Assembly (NCBI GenBank): GCA_040767805.1
Contig: JAXGNU010000007.1
Location: 1-64,000, forward strand
Source of the DNA: Thermovirgaceae bacterium
GTDB taxonomy: Bacteria > Synergistota > Synergistia > Synergistales > Thermovirgaceae
DNA length: 64,000 bases
Reading direction: 5' to 3'
Below, in pieces: positions 1-9,677 of this stretch; within the stretch, counting starts at the first letter, position 1; every line of letters begins with the position of its first letter. The position numbers and the translations under genes are program-made. The notes under the pieces are model-generated. The model did not search any database. It was not told the DNA's origin and saw only the letters and a list, made by a program, of their open reading frames with translations.

Positions 1-315
1 CCCGAGGGGATCTTCACGTACCGGTTTATCCCGGCCCGAGCTTACCCCAGGGGAGTGGGGTCTTACGAGGCCTCCTTCGGTGACGGCGTGACCTTTTTTG
101 CCATGGGGTTTCCCGAAAAAGCCCTGGCCGACAAGGTCTTTTTTGAAAAGGGCCTTTCGCCAGCCATCGGCGAGACGCGGGAATACCTGCTGGACAATTT
201 AAGGATAGAAGAGGCCGCCCTTTCGGAACTGGACCCTGTCCTGATCGAGGAGATCGCCGAGGGGTACCGTTCGAGGAAGGTAGAGGCCCTAGCCAGGGTC
301 TTGAAAGGGAGGTAG
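1..315 (+). CDS. AbiEi-like antitoxin/transcriptional regulator, 5'-truncated by the window edge
   Basis: Frame open from base 1 (PEGIFTYRFI...PEKALADK); stop abuts the ATG of the AbiEii-like gene. Confidence 0.6.
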   Translation, partial: PEGIFTYRFIPARAYPRGVGSYEASFGDGVTFFAMGFPEKALADKVFFEKGLSPAIGETREYLLDNLRIEEAALSELDPVLIEEIAEGYRSRKVEALARVLKGR

Positions 316-1167
316 ATGCTTTTGGATACGCTGGGGCAGCTTGAGAACGTTCTGAGGGAAGACCTCCAGAGGGTGATCCTTCTGGCTCTCAGCAGGGAGC
401 GTTTCTTCGTGAGCAACATCTTTTACGGGGGTACGGCCCTGAGGCTCCTTTACGGTTTGAGGCGCAGTTCCGAGGATCTTGACTTTGCCTGCCTGGAGGA
501 TTGTGAATCGTTCTCTTGGGAGCCCTTTCTCTCTTCGGTGAGGAAATACGCCGAGGCTTACGGGTTTTCGGTCTCCGATGTTGAACTTAGATCGGGGCAG
601 AGCACCCCGAAGATGCTTGTAAGAGTGATGCTGAGAGAGAGCCTGTCCAACAGGAGGGCCTATTACCCCCAGGGGCGGCACCTTATCGATGCTGTCCACG
701 CACGGAAGCAGGTCATGGTGAGGCTGGAGATAGACCTCGACGATCCCTGCCGCCCGGAACCGGTGACAGAACAGGTCCTTTCGCCCGCCCCCTTTTTGGT
801 CTCGACCTTTCAAAAGCCGGATCTTTTTGCGGGGAAGATGCATGCAGTCCTTTTCAGGAGCTGGAGATTCCGGGTGAAGGGGCGTGACTGGTTTGACATG
901 CTCTGGTACCTGGGACAGGAGATCCCTTTGAGAATCGAGTGTCTGGAAAGGAAGATGAAGCAGTCCGGCAAGTTGGAGGAAAGGGTTTCTCTTACACAGG
1001 ATCTTTTTAAGGAACATTATGTTGAAGTCTGCAGAAGAGTAAATTTCCGCAAAGCTTTCGATGATGTCGAGCCCTTTCTCGAGGATGAAGACGTCGAACT
1101 GGTGAGGGCCGCCTTCACGGAAGAAAGAATGGCGGACCTTGCCGACAGGTTCAGGTTTGAGGGATAG
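316..1167 (+). CDS. AbiEii/AbiGii-family nucleotidyltransferase toxin (type IV TA)
   Basis: GGTALRLLYGLRRSSEDLDF motif; K..A...R...KGRDWFD motif. Confidence 0.85.
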   Translation: MLLDTLGQLENVLREDLQRVILLALSRERFFVSNIFYGGTALRLLYGLRRSSEDLDFACLEDCESFSWEPFLSSVRKYAEAYGFSVSDVELRSGQSTPKMLVRVMLRESLSNRRAYYPQGRHLIDAVHARKQVMVRLEIDLDDPCRPEPVTEQVLSPAPFLVSTFQKPDLFAGKMHAVLFRSWRFRVKGRDWFDMLWYLGQEIPLRIECLERKMKQSGKLEERVSLTQDLFKEHYVEVCRRVNFRKAFDDVEPFLEDEDVELVRAAFTEERMADLADRFRFEG

Positions 1168-1175
1168 GGAAACAC

Positions 1176-1410
1176 TAAGGGCGTGAGACGGTAGACGTGA
1201 GACGGAAGACGGAAAAACAAAAAACGAGGCAATAGGAGGCAGGGAGGGCCTGAAGGGCGTGAGAAGTAAGACGGAAGACCAAAAGCAAAAAGCGGGGAGC
1301 GGCTGTCGTCCACTGCCACTTTTTTTCGATCCCCGATTTACGAGTTTTCCTTTGGCTTCAAGCTTTTGACCCTACGTCTACCGTCTAACGTCTCCCGTCT
1401 CACGCCCTTA
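1176..1410. repeat. MITE/REPIN-like element bounded by imperfect inverted repeats of heptamer (AGACGkn) arrays
   Basis: TAAGGGCGTGAGACGG at 1176 and its reverse complement ending at 1410; internal copy near 1253. Confidence 0.65.
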
Positions 1411-2313
1411 TGTACACAATTGATCAAATTCAAGGTCTGACCCCAAGGCGAAGCCGAGGGCGGAGCCGAGGAGGGCGGCGTCGTCGCCGAGGGCGGCGAG
1501 GCGGAGGTCGAAGGTCTCCCTGAAGGGCGGGGCGGTGTAGCGCAGGACCAGCGGCCGGAGGGTCTCAACGAGGCCGAGGCCGCGGGAGAGGCCGCCGCCG
1601 AGGATGACGGCCTGGGGGTCGAGGGCGTGGGACACGGAGGCGATGAGCCTCGCCAGGGCGTCCAGGGCCTTTTCCCACAGCGGTGCCAGGCGGGGTTCGC
1701 CGCGTCGGAGCCAGAGCTCCGGGAGGTCGCCTTCTATGCCGGCTTCGGAGAAGGCCCGGCCCAGGGCGTCGGCGCCGAAGAGGGCCTCGGCGTGCCCCAA
1801 AGCTCCGCAGCCGCAGGGGGCGTCGCCGGCCACGGCCAGGTGCCCCAGTTCGCCGGCCTTGCCGTAGGCCCCCGTGACCAGGCGGCCCCCCGATACGATC
1901 GCCCCGCCGATGCCCGTCCCAAGGGTGAGAAGGACGAAGTCCGTCAGGTCCTTGGCGGCTCCGAAAGCCCACTCCCCCAGGGCGGCGCAGTGGGCGTCGT
2001 TCTCGAGGGCCACTTCGCGGCCGCATGCCTGGGCGAGGGCTGACCGGAAGGGGTAGCCCACCATGAGGGGAAAGTTGGGAGCCTGGAGGACCTTTTCCCG
2101 CCGGCTGTCCAGCATACCAGGGAAGCCGACGCCCAGGGCTTTGACCGAACGTTCCGGGTCCAGCCTCGATGCCAGGGCCGCGACGGCGGCGATGACGTCA
2201 GCGGGGGAGCGGCTTTCGGGGGTTGGGACCGTCTCCCGGGCCGCCACCGCCCCGCCCTCGACGAGGGCGGCCTTTATGAAGTGCCCCCCCAGGTCCGCCC
2301 CCAGGACTCTCAT
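1408..2313 (-). CDS. ROK-family sugar kinase (glucokinase-like)
   Basis: ADLGG, ENDA, LGTGIGG, GELGH and CGCG...H.E motifs. Confidence 0.9.
   Translation of the reverse strand: MRVLGADLGGHFIKAALVEGGAVAARETVPTPESRSPADVIAAVAALASRLDPERSVKALGVGFPGMLDSRREKVLQAPNFPLMVGYPFRSALAQACGREVALENDAHCAALGEWAFGAAKDLTDFVLLTLGTGIGGAIVSGGRLVTGAYGKAGELGHLAVAGDAPCGCGALGHAEALFGADALGRAFSEAGIEGDLPELWLRRGEPRLAPLWEKALDALARLIASVSHALDPQAVILGGGLSRGLGLVETLRPLVLRYTAPPFRETFDLRLAALGDDAALLGSALGFALGSDLEFDQLCT
1411..1444 (-). repeat. REP-like 34-bp repeat (GGGGTCAGACCTTGAATTTGA...TGTRTACA), copy 1
   Basis: Near-identical to the copies at 4509, 14472 and 25553. Confidence 0.8.
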
Positions 2314-3317
2314 TAAAGGTCCTTCCATTTATGGATAAGGCCCGGGTCTCTTTTGAGCGCCCTCCCTACGCCGACGAGGTCGCAGTCGCCCCTCTCCAAG
2401 AGCCGCAGGGCCGTCTCGGCGGAGCGGATACCCCCGGTGCAGATGGTGGGGACGTCGCCGGCGGAGTCCTTGACGGTGCGGCAGTAGGGGGCGAACCAGG
2501 CCTCGCCGTGGCCGTCGTAGCCGCACATGTTGCCCGAGAAGTCCAGCAGGTCCAGGCCGACGGAGGAGAACTCCGCAGCCACCCACCGGGCGTCGTCGAC
2601 GGTCTGGCCGACGGGTTCGGCCCCCGGGAGGGTGTCGGCCATGCCCAGCCTCACCGCGACGACGGCCTCGTCGCCGACGGCTTCGCGCACCGCCTCGTGG
2701 ACTTCGAAGAGGAGCCTGGCCCTGTTCTTGATGCTCCCTCCGTATTTGTCGGGGCGCCGGTTGGTCATGGGGCTCAGGAACTGCCCCAGGAGGTAGCCGT
2801 GGGCGGCGTGGATCTCCACGCCGCAGTAGCCCGCCCTGACGGCCCTTGAGGCGGCCTCGAGGAAGGCCACCGGTATCAGGGCGATCTCCTCGAGGGTCAG
2901 CTTGACGGGCATGATGAGGGCGGTGGAGCGGGGGTGCCTTATCGGTGAGGGGGCTTTGGGGAGCCACCCGTCATTCATGAGGTCGTCGTCCTCCACGTAG
3001 GAGCCCGCGTGGTTCACCTGGACCAGCGCCGGTAGCCCGGCCCCGGAGAAGAGTCCCGCCAGGTCGCCTTGGTAGGGGAGCACTTCGTCCCGGTCGAGCA
3101 GTAGTTGGCGGCGGCGGGTCCTGCCCTCGGCGTGGACGGCGTGGTGTTCCAGGATGGCCAGGCCAACCCCGCTTTCCGTCAGGGGCCGGTAGTACTCCAG
3201 GGTGTCCACCGTGGGCAGCCCCGTCTTGGTTGACGTGAGCGACGCCATGGGGGGCGCCACGATCCTGTTCCGCAGACGCTGCCCCCTGATCTCCAGAGGT
3301 TCGAAAAGCAGGGTCAT
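2313..3317 (-). CDS. NADH:flavin oxidoreductase (Old Yellow Enzyme family)
   Basis: LRNRIVAPPM and EIHAAHGYLLGQFLSP.TNRR.D.YGGS..NR.R motifs. Confidence 0.9.
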   Translation of the reverse strand: MTLLFEPLEIRGQRLRNRIVAPPMASLTSTKTGLPTVDTLEYYRPLTESGVGLAILEHHAVHAEGRTRRRQLLLDRDEVLPYQGDLAGLFSGAGLPALVQVNHAGSYVEDDDLMNDGWLPKAPSPIRHPRSTALIMPVKLTLEEIALIPVAFLEAASRAVRAGYCGVEIHAAHGYLLGQFLSPMTNRRPDKYGGSIKNRARLLFEVHEAVREAVGDEAVVAVRLGMADTLPGAEPVGQTVDDARWVAAEFSSVGLDLLDFSGNMCGYDGHGEAWFAPYCRTVKDSAGDVPTICTGGIRSAETALRLLERGDCDLVGVGRALKRDPGLIHKWKDL

Positions 3318-3333
3318 GAAGGCATTCCTCCCA

Positions 3334-4425
3334 TCAGACGTTGAACCTTACCTCGATGATATCACCGTCCCTGACGGTGTAGTCCTTCCCCTCAAGCCCC
3401 AGGAGGCCCTTTTCGCGGCAGGCGGCGTTCGAGAAGCCGCAGGCCTCGTAGTCGTCGTAGTGGACCACCTGGGCCCTGATGAAGCCCCTGGCGAGGTCGG
3501 TGTGGACCGCGCCGGCGGCGTCAAGGGCGGTGCCGCCCTTTTTGAGGGTCCAGGCCCTGACCTCGTCCTTGCCTATGGTGAAGAAGCTGATGAGCCCCAG
3601 CCGGGAGTAGGCCTCCCGGATGAGCCTCTCCCTGCCGGGTTCCGTTAACCCCAGTTCGGCCATGAACTCGGCCTGCTCGTCGGGGGAGAGTTCGGCCATT
3701 TCCATTTCCATGCGGCCGAAGACCCTGGCGAGGCCCAGCCCCCTCTCGGAGGCGAGTTTTTCCATGGCCTCTCCCCAGGGGAGGTCCGCCGAAACCTGGG
3801 TCTCGTCGAGGTTGAGGACCACCAGTTCCGGTTTTTGGGTGAGGAAGGTGAAGCCCCGGAGGGCCTTCTCGTCCTCACCGGTGAGAGCCATCTCCCTCAG
3901 GGGCCGCTCCTCGTAGAGGTGGTCGCGGCAGCGCTCCAGTAGGGCCTGCTCGGCCCCCTCGGCGTGGGTGGGCCTTTTTTTCTCGGCCAGTTTGCCGAGC
4001 CTGTTCTCTATGGCGGAGAGGTCCCTCAGGATGAGTTCCGTCTCGACGATGTGCCAGTCCCTGGCGGGGTCGATGGTCTCTTCCGAGGGGGGGACATCGG
4101 GGTTGTCGAAGCAGCGCACCACGTGGACCAGGGCGGCCGACTCGGCGACGAAGGAGAGGAAGGAGTTGCCCAGGCCGGCGCCCTTGCTGGCGTCCCGGGA
4201 GAGGCCGGCCAGGTCGACGAACTCCACCGTGGCGGGTATGGCCTTCCGGGGGTGGCAGACCTCCGACAGTTTTTCAAAACGGGCGTCGGGCACTGATATA
4301 ACGGCCCTGTTGGGATCGGTTTTCCCCCCCGCGTAGGGCTTGACCTCGGCGCCCGCCTTGGTGATAACGTTGAAAAGCGTGGTCTTGCCGGAAAGGGGCA
4401 GGCCCACGATGCCGCAACTGAGCAT
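3334..4425 (-). CDS. ychF: Redox-regulated ATPase YchF
   Basis: GIVGLP..GKTTLFN, FVDLAGL, GLGN.FL and C-terminal TGS domain (DGDIIEVRFNV). Confidence 0.95.
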   Translation of the reverse strand: MLSCGIVGLPLSGKTTLFNVITKAGAEVKPYAGGKTDPNRAVISVPDARFEKLSEVCHPRKAIPATVEFVDLAGLSRDASKGAGLGNSFLSFVAESAALVHVVRCFDNPDVPPSEETIDPARDWHIVETELILRDLSAIENRLGKLAEKKRPTHAEGAEQALLERCRDHLYEERPLREMALTGEDEKALRGFTFLTQKPELVVLNLDETQVSADLPWGEAMEKLASERGLGLARVFGRMEMEMAELSPDEQAEFMAELGLTEPGRERLIREAYSRLGLISFFTIGKDEVRAWTLKKGGTALDAAGAVHTDLARGFIRAQVVHYDDYEACGFSNAACREKGLLGLEGKDYTVRDGDIIEVRFNV

Positions 4426-4464
4426 GGCTTCACCTCGTAGATAGTTTATCACTCTTGGGAGATT

Positions 4465-4542
4465 GGGGTCAGACCTTGAATTTGGGGGAAATTTGGTCAG
4501 ACCTGATTGGGGTCAGACCTTGAATTTGAGCATTTGTATACA
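4465..4542 (+). repeat. Tandem REP-like copies (partial 4465-4484, fragment near 4495, full 4509-4542)
   Basis: GGGGTCAGACCTTGAATTTG occurs twice, plus an internal GGTCAGACC. Confidence 0.8.
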
Positions 4543-4568
4543 CATTATGAGGTAGGAAGGGTAAGTTC

Positions 4569-4630
4569 CGTAAATCGTAAATCGTGAATCGTGAATCGTG
4601 AATCGTGAATCGTAAATCGTAAATCGTAAA
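4569..4630 (+). repeat. Heptamer tandem repeat (AATCGTR), about 8 units
   Basis: cgtaaatcgtaaatcgtgaatcgtgaatcgtgaatcgtgaatcgtaaatcgtaaatcgtaaa. Confidence 0.9.
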
Positions 4631-4837
4631 CCTGAAGGGCCAAGGCTTAGGGGCAAAAAGCGGGGGCGCGGGATGGGGAGATGAGATGGTGGTGAAGGAG
4701 CGGGAGAGGATTGGGGGGAAAATGTGGGTGGAAGGTTGAACCAATACTGTGGTGGGGTCATGGGATCGGGGGCCTAAGACAAGGGCAAAGGTGAGGGCGA
4801 GGGAGGAACAGGGCAAGGGCAGGGACAAAGACAAAGA

Positions 4838-4952
4838 CCAGGATCAAGACGAGGACCAGGATCAAGACCAGGATCAAGGCCAGGATCAAGGCCAGGATCA
4901 AGGCCAGGATCAAGGCCAGGATCAAGACCACGGATCAAGGCCAGGATCAAGA
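4838..4952 (+). repeat. 12-bp tandem repeat (CCAGGATCAAGR), about 9 units (VNTR)
   Basis: Directly visible head-to-tail units. Confidence 0.9.
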
Positions 4953-5055
4953 CGGGGACAGAGGCAGAGATCGAGAGGCCAATGACAAGGCCAAGAAACA
5001 GCATTATTCGACGGGTTCTGGTAGGATGGAATACTGATCACGGGAGGTGGGAAAC

Positions 5056-6552
5056 ATGGGGCGTGGATTCTTTTTGACATCCCTAGCGGTAGTGTTGTTG
5101 ACGCTGTTTTGCGGTATGGCTCCGGCGGCGGTGACGGCGGGGCGCGTGGACGTCTTCCCCGGGGAAGCGGTCGTGAGAGTGAGCCTGGCCGCGGAACCCG
5201 CGATGTCCCTGGAGCTGCCTTCGGCCTTTGACCCCTCTTCGGTCACCGTGAGCGGCGAGGGCGGCGTGAAGGTGGCCGGTCTCGACGTGAGGGAAGTCCC
5301 CCGGACGGGTTGGGTGCCGCCATCGCTGGCCCCCCTCGCCGAGGAGATGGAAAAGGCCCATGCCCAGGTGGAGGTGCTCTCCTCCAGGGCCGCCTCGATC
5401 GCCCAGGGGGTGAAGCACCTGGAGGCGGCCGTGCCCGAGGGGCTCAAGGAGGCGGAGCTGGCGGCCTACATAGACACGGCTTTGAAGAAAAGGGAGGCCC
5501 TGGAGCTGAAGGCGTCGGAGACGAAGGGGCTCCTGGAGAAGGCCCGGAAGGAATACGAGGCCCTGAAGGCGGAGTTCGAGGGACGCTTCCCCGGCCAGCC
5601 CGACAGGATCGTCCTTGTGACCTTTTCGACCGAGGGCAAGGGGCAGGTCCTGCTGACTGCCCGGACCGGCAGCGCCCGGTGGAGGCCGCTCTACCGGCTG
5701 GAGCTGGACAGTTCGACGGGGGAGATCCGGGGCGTCTACGGCGTCGAGGTGAACCAAAAGAGCGGCATCGACTGGGAGGGCGAGGTGGTCTTCCACACGG
5801 TGAGGCCCAGGGGCGGGGTCAGCATCCCCGATATGCCCCCGCTGATAGCCGATATCCACGACCCCGACAAGAACAAGAAAGCCTTTGAGCTCGCCATGAG
5901 GGCGGCGGCCCCCGCCCTGGACGGCGCCGGCGGAGAGTACCTCGAGGAGGGGCTCACCGACGTGGCCATCAGGACCAAGGCGAAGATCGACGGTTCCGGC
6001 GAGGACGTGACCATCGACGCGGGGACCTTCACGGAAAAGGGCGAGGTCTCGCTGGTCTGCATCCCCGAGTACTCGACCGAGGCCTGGACGGTGGCGACGG
6101 TGAAGTCCCTCGGGAGGGCCTTGCTGCCCGGCGAGGTGAGGCTCGCCGTCGACGGCAAGGATACGGGCAGGACGCGCCTCGAGGCCCTGTCGATGGGGCA
6201 GGAGGCAGTGCTGCCCTTCGGGACGACGCCCCTGGTGACGGCGAAGCGGGAGGAGATGATCCCCACCACGGGCACCAGTTGGATCGTGAAGGGCAAGCAC
6301 CAGCGGGGGTATATAATAACGGTGAGCAACGGCCTGGATAAGGCCGTGAAGGTGAGGGTGAAGGACCGGGTGCCCGTGCCGGCCAACGAGGCGATCAAGA
6401 TCCAGGACGTGACCCTTTCCCCGGCGCCTGCTGAGAGGGACGAGAAGGGTTTCCTCACCTGGGAGGTCGCCCTCGACAAGGGGAAGAGCAGCCAAATTAG
6501 CGTGAAGTACACCGTGACTTACCCCTCGGACAAGGAGCTGATCTTCCGCTGA
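5056..6552 (+). CDS. Secreted DUF4140/DUF4139 (MuiA-like) protein
   Basis: Signal peptide; W.P.Y.L, V.Q.SG.DW and V.V.DRVPV motifs; GGAGG RBS. Confidence 0.8.
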   Translation: MGRGFFLTSLAVVLLTLFCGMAPAAVTAGRVDVFPGEAVVRVSLAAEPAMSLELPSAFDPSSVTVSGEGGVKVAGLDVREVPRTGWVPPSLAPLAEEMEKAHAQVEVLSSRAASIAQGVKHLEAAVPEGLKEAELAAYIDTALKKREALELKASETKGLLEKARKEYEALKAEFEGRFPGQPDRIVLVTFSTEGKGQVLLTARTGSARWRPLYRLELDSSTGEIRGVYGVEVNQKSGIDWEGEVVFHTVRPRGGVSIPDMPPLIADIHDPDKNKKAFELAMRAAAPALDGAGGEYLEEGLTDVAIRTKAKIDGSGEDVTIDAGTFTEKGEVSLVCIPEYSTEAWTVATVKSLGRALLPGEVRLAVDGKDTGRTRLEALSMGQEAVLPFGTTPLVTAKREEMIPTTGTSWIVKGKHQRGYIITVSNGLDKAVKVRVKDRVPVPANEAIKIQDVTLSPAPAERDEKGFLTWEVALDKGKSSQISVKYTVTYPSDKELIFR

Positions 6553-6585
6553 GGGCGGGCCTCCCGAGAGGGAAAGGAGTTTTGA

Positions 6586-7116
6586 ATGCGTGAGGAGGAA
6601 CTGACCGAGAGCATCGATATGTACATGGGGAGGCTGAAGTCGCTGGGCTTCAGGCTTACGAGCCAGAGGCGGATCATCGTGGAGACGCTCCTGCGCCACC
6701 TCGGGACCCACCTGAGCGCCCGGGAACTGCTCGAACTGGCCCAGCGGGAGGACCCCTCCATAGGGATAGCCACGGTATACCGGACCATCGAACTATTGAG
6801 CAGCCTGGGCATGCTGAACATGGTGAACCTCGGGGAGGGTTTCCTGCGCTTCGAGGTGCCCGACGAGCAGATGCATTTCCACGTCTTCTGCCGGTCCTGC
6901 GGCAAGCTGGTTCACCTCGACGAAGAGGACAGGAAGATGGCCGTCGTGAGGGAGTGGGCCGAGCGGGAGGGTTTCGAACTACTGCCCCAGACCTTCGAGA
7001 TGGCGGTGATCTGCGCCGAGTGCCGGGAGAAGGGCGTCCTCGACGAGTCCTTCGAGATCTTCGGCATGGGCGGCAGGCGCCGTTGCAGGAGGCACCACGG
7101 GGGCAGGATGCGCTGA
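6586..7116 (+). CDS. Fur-family transcriptional regulator
   Basis: RLTSQR, HLSA, IGIATVYRT, H.H..C..CG and C..C motifs. Confidence 0.9.
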   Translation: MREEELTESIDMYMGRLKSLGFRLTSQRRIIVETLLRHLGTHLSARELLELAQREDPSIGIATVYRTIELLSSLGMLNMVNLGEGFLRFEVPDEQMHFHVFCRSCGKLVHLDEEDRKMAVVREWAEREGFELLPQTFEMAVICAECREKGVLDESFEIFGMGGRRRCRRHHGGRMR

Positions 7117-7179
7117 AATATCAGGACGATGTGGTATTATCTCGGGACCGGAAACATCCTTGAAAGGGAGTGATGGAGT

Positions 7180-7563
7180 ATGAGGTCGAGAAGGGTGAAG
7201 TGGGCGGCGGTTCTGGCGGCCGCAATGCTCCTGGGGGTTGCTTCAGCGGCGATGGCCCAGTCCTCCTACACCGGGACCTACAGGGGGACCTTCATCGGCG
7301 ACGACTACGGCTGGTTCGTCGTCGAGGTGGAGCCCGGTGGCACGATCAGCGGGACCGTCCATTCCAACGTGGCCCTCATGGACCTGGAAGTGCAGGGAAG
7401 GTGGGAACTGGATGGGGACTGCGAGTTCATGACCGTCGGCGGGGAGGGCGCCTCAATTTACTTCCTGGGGCGGATCGATTTCATGAACCGCTTCCTGGGC
7501 AAGTGGTCCTTTGACGACCACTCCGGGAGGGGTTCCTTTTACGGGATCCTGCAGAAGGACTGA
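7180..7563 (+). CDS. Hypothetical secreted beta-rich protein
   Basis: Signal peptide ending AMA; host-like codon usage; RBS. Confidence 0.65.
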   Translation: MRSRRVKWAAVLAAAMLLGVASAAMAQSSYTGTYRGTFIGDDYGWFVVEVEPGGTISGTVHSNVALMDLEVQGRWELDGDCEFMTVGGEGASIYFLGRIDFMNRFLGKWSFDDHSGRGSFYGILQKD

Positions 7564-7589
7564 CGCCCCGGGTGGTCTGATGCGGCCCC

Positions 7590-9486
7590 ATGCGCTATGA
7601 CACCTCGCTCCTGACGGAGCAGGACATATACCTTTTCAGGGAAGGGCGCCATTGCCGGCTCTACGAGAGGCTCGGCGCCCATTTTATTGACCCGGGGGAG
7701 AAAGCGGGAACCCACTTCGCCCTGTGGGCGCCGTCGGCGGAGGGCGTCTCCGTGGTGGGCGACTTCAACGGCTGGGACGAGAAGGCCTGCCCCCTGAAGC
7801 CCCGGTGGGACTCCTCGGGCATCTGGGAGGGCTTCGTGCCGGGGGTGAGGCCGGGAGCACTCCCCGATTCTTTTCCGTTCGCCCGGCGGAGAGGCCCTGA
7901 AGGGCGACCCCTTCGCCCGCCGCTGGGAGGCGCCGCCCGGGACGGCCTCGATGGTCTGGGAGAGTTCTCACGCCTGGGGCGACGGCCGGTGGATGGCCGA
8001 GCGTGCCGGGCGGAAGGCCCTGGAGAGCCCCCTTTCGATCTACGAAGTGCATCCCGGTTCCTGGAGGCGCGATGCCGGCGGGCGGTTCCTGTCCTGGCGA
8101 GAGATGGCCCCTCTTCTGGCCGGGTACGCCGTGGAGATGGGCTTCACCCACGTGGAGTTGATGCCCGTGATGGAGCACCCCTTCTACGGCTCCTGGGGAT
8201 ACCAGGTGACAGGGTATTTCGCCCCCACGAACCGGTTCGGGAGCCCCGAGGACCTGATGTACCTCGTCGACACCCTTCACAGGGCGGGGATAGGCGTGAT
8301 CCTGGACTGGGTGCCCTCCCACTTCCCCGACGACCCCCACGGGTTGCTTGCGGGACTTCGACGGGACCCACCTCTTCGAGCACGCCGACCCGAGGAAGGG
8401 CTTCCACCCGACTGGAAAGAGCTGCATATTCAACTACGGGCGGGACGAGGTGCGGTCCTTCCTGCTGAGCAGCGCCTCCTTCTGGGCCAACCGGTTCCAC
8501 GTCGACGGATTGGTCGACGCCGTGTACCTCCATGCTTTACCTGGACTACCCGGAAAAGGGGCGAGTGGGTGCCCCGTCGCGGGAAGGAGAACCCTGGAGA
8601 ACCTGGGGTTCTGGGGACCTCAACGGCCCTCTACAGGAACTCCCGGAGCATCGAGACCTTCGCCGAGGAGTCGACGGCGTGGCCGCTGGTGACCAGCCGT
8701 CTACCAGGGGCTGGGCTTCGGGCTGAAGTGAACATGGGGTGATCACACGATACCCTCTTCTACCTGTCGAAGGACCACCGTCTTCCACGAGAGTACGAGC
8801 ACGGGCCGGGCGATGCTTTCGAGCTGGTATGCCTTCTCGGAAGACTTCGTCTTTCCTTTACCTCTCCAGGCCGGGGTGGTCCACGGGAAGGGTTCGCTCT
8901 TCGCGAAGATGCCCGGCGACGAGTGGCAAAAATTCGCCCACCCTGCGGCTCCTCTTCGAGTACATGTTCGCCCACCCCGGCAAGAAGCTGCTCTTCATGG
9001 GCGAGATTCGCCCAAGGAGAGGGAGTGGGACCACGAGGGGCAGCTGGATTGAGGCTGCTGGATCGGGAGCCCAACGGCGGGATCCGGCGCTGGGTGGGTG
9101 ACCTGAACAGGGTCTACAAGGCGAAGAAGGCCCTACACGAACAGGACTGCTCCCGGAGGGGTTTCCGGTGGGTCGGCCTCCAGGACCGCGACAACAGCGT
9201 CATCTCCTTCCTGCGCTTCTCGAAGGAAGGAGGAGAGGTCGTGCTGGCAGATCTGCAACTGCGCCCGTGCCAAGGCACGGCCACGTCCCTGGGGTGCCCG
9301 GGGAGGGACCTGGAGGAAGTGCTGGGCAACGGCGCCAAGGTCTACGGCGGCAGCGGGAGTCGACAGCCCTGGGCGGGGTCCGAGGCCGTGGAGGAGCCCT
9401 CCACGGGTTCCCGGCACCGGAGGGTACAGCTGTCGTTGCCGCCGCTGGGAATGCTTTTGTTGGAGGCGGAAGGGCAAAAGCCGTGA
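7590..9486 (+). pseudogene. glgB: 1,4-alpha-glucan branching enzyme with multiple frameshifts (possibly assembly errors)
   Basis: [49 protein letters not shown] and [10 protein letters not shown] scattered over different frames. Confidence 0.85.
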
Positions 9487-9635
9487 ATCATCGTCGTGAA
9501 TCGTGAATCGAAGGAGCAAGGCCAACTTTAAGAGCGTGAGAGGTGAGACGTGAGACGGAAGAGCAAAGGCAAGGCGACAGGGAGACAGGGAAAAACCGGA
9601 GAGCGTGAGACGGGAGACGTAAGACGGAAGGACAA
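9483..9635 (+). repeat. Intergenic heptamer-array repeat (AATCGTG then AGACGTG units)
   Basis: Shares aatcgtgaatcgaaggRgcaaggccaaMttt(t)aagagcgt with 14068-14107. Confidence 0.75.
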
Positions 9636-9677
9636 AAACCAGGCAACGGGGAAAACCTTGGGGCGGGAGACGGCTTT

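Noticed and set aside
4560..4990. Possible CRISPR array
   Set aside because: Units are 7 and 12 bp, head-to-tail with no unique spacers, and no cas genes are present
4469..5004. Small ORFs with FTIHDSR, DQGQ or LDPG repeats
   Set aside because: Translations of DNA repeats without RBS or coding signal
5083..6711. Long antisense ORFs (also 58671-60179, 12085-13200, 17656-18861)
   Set aside because: Shadow ORFs of GC3-rich genes on the opposite strand, with no motifs
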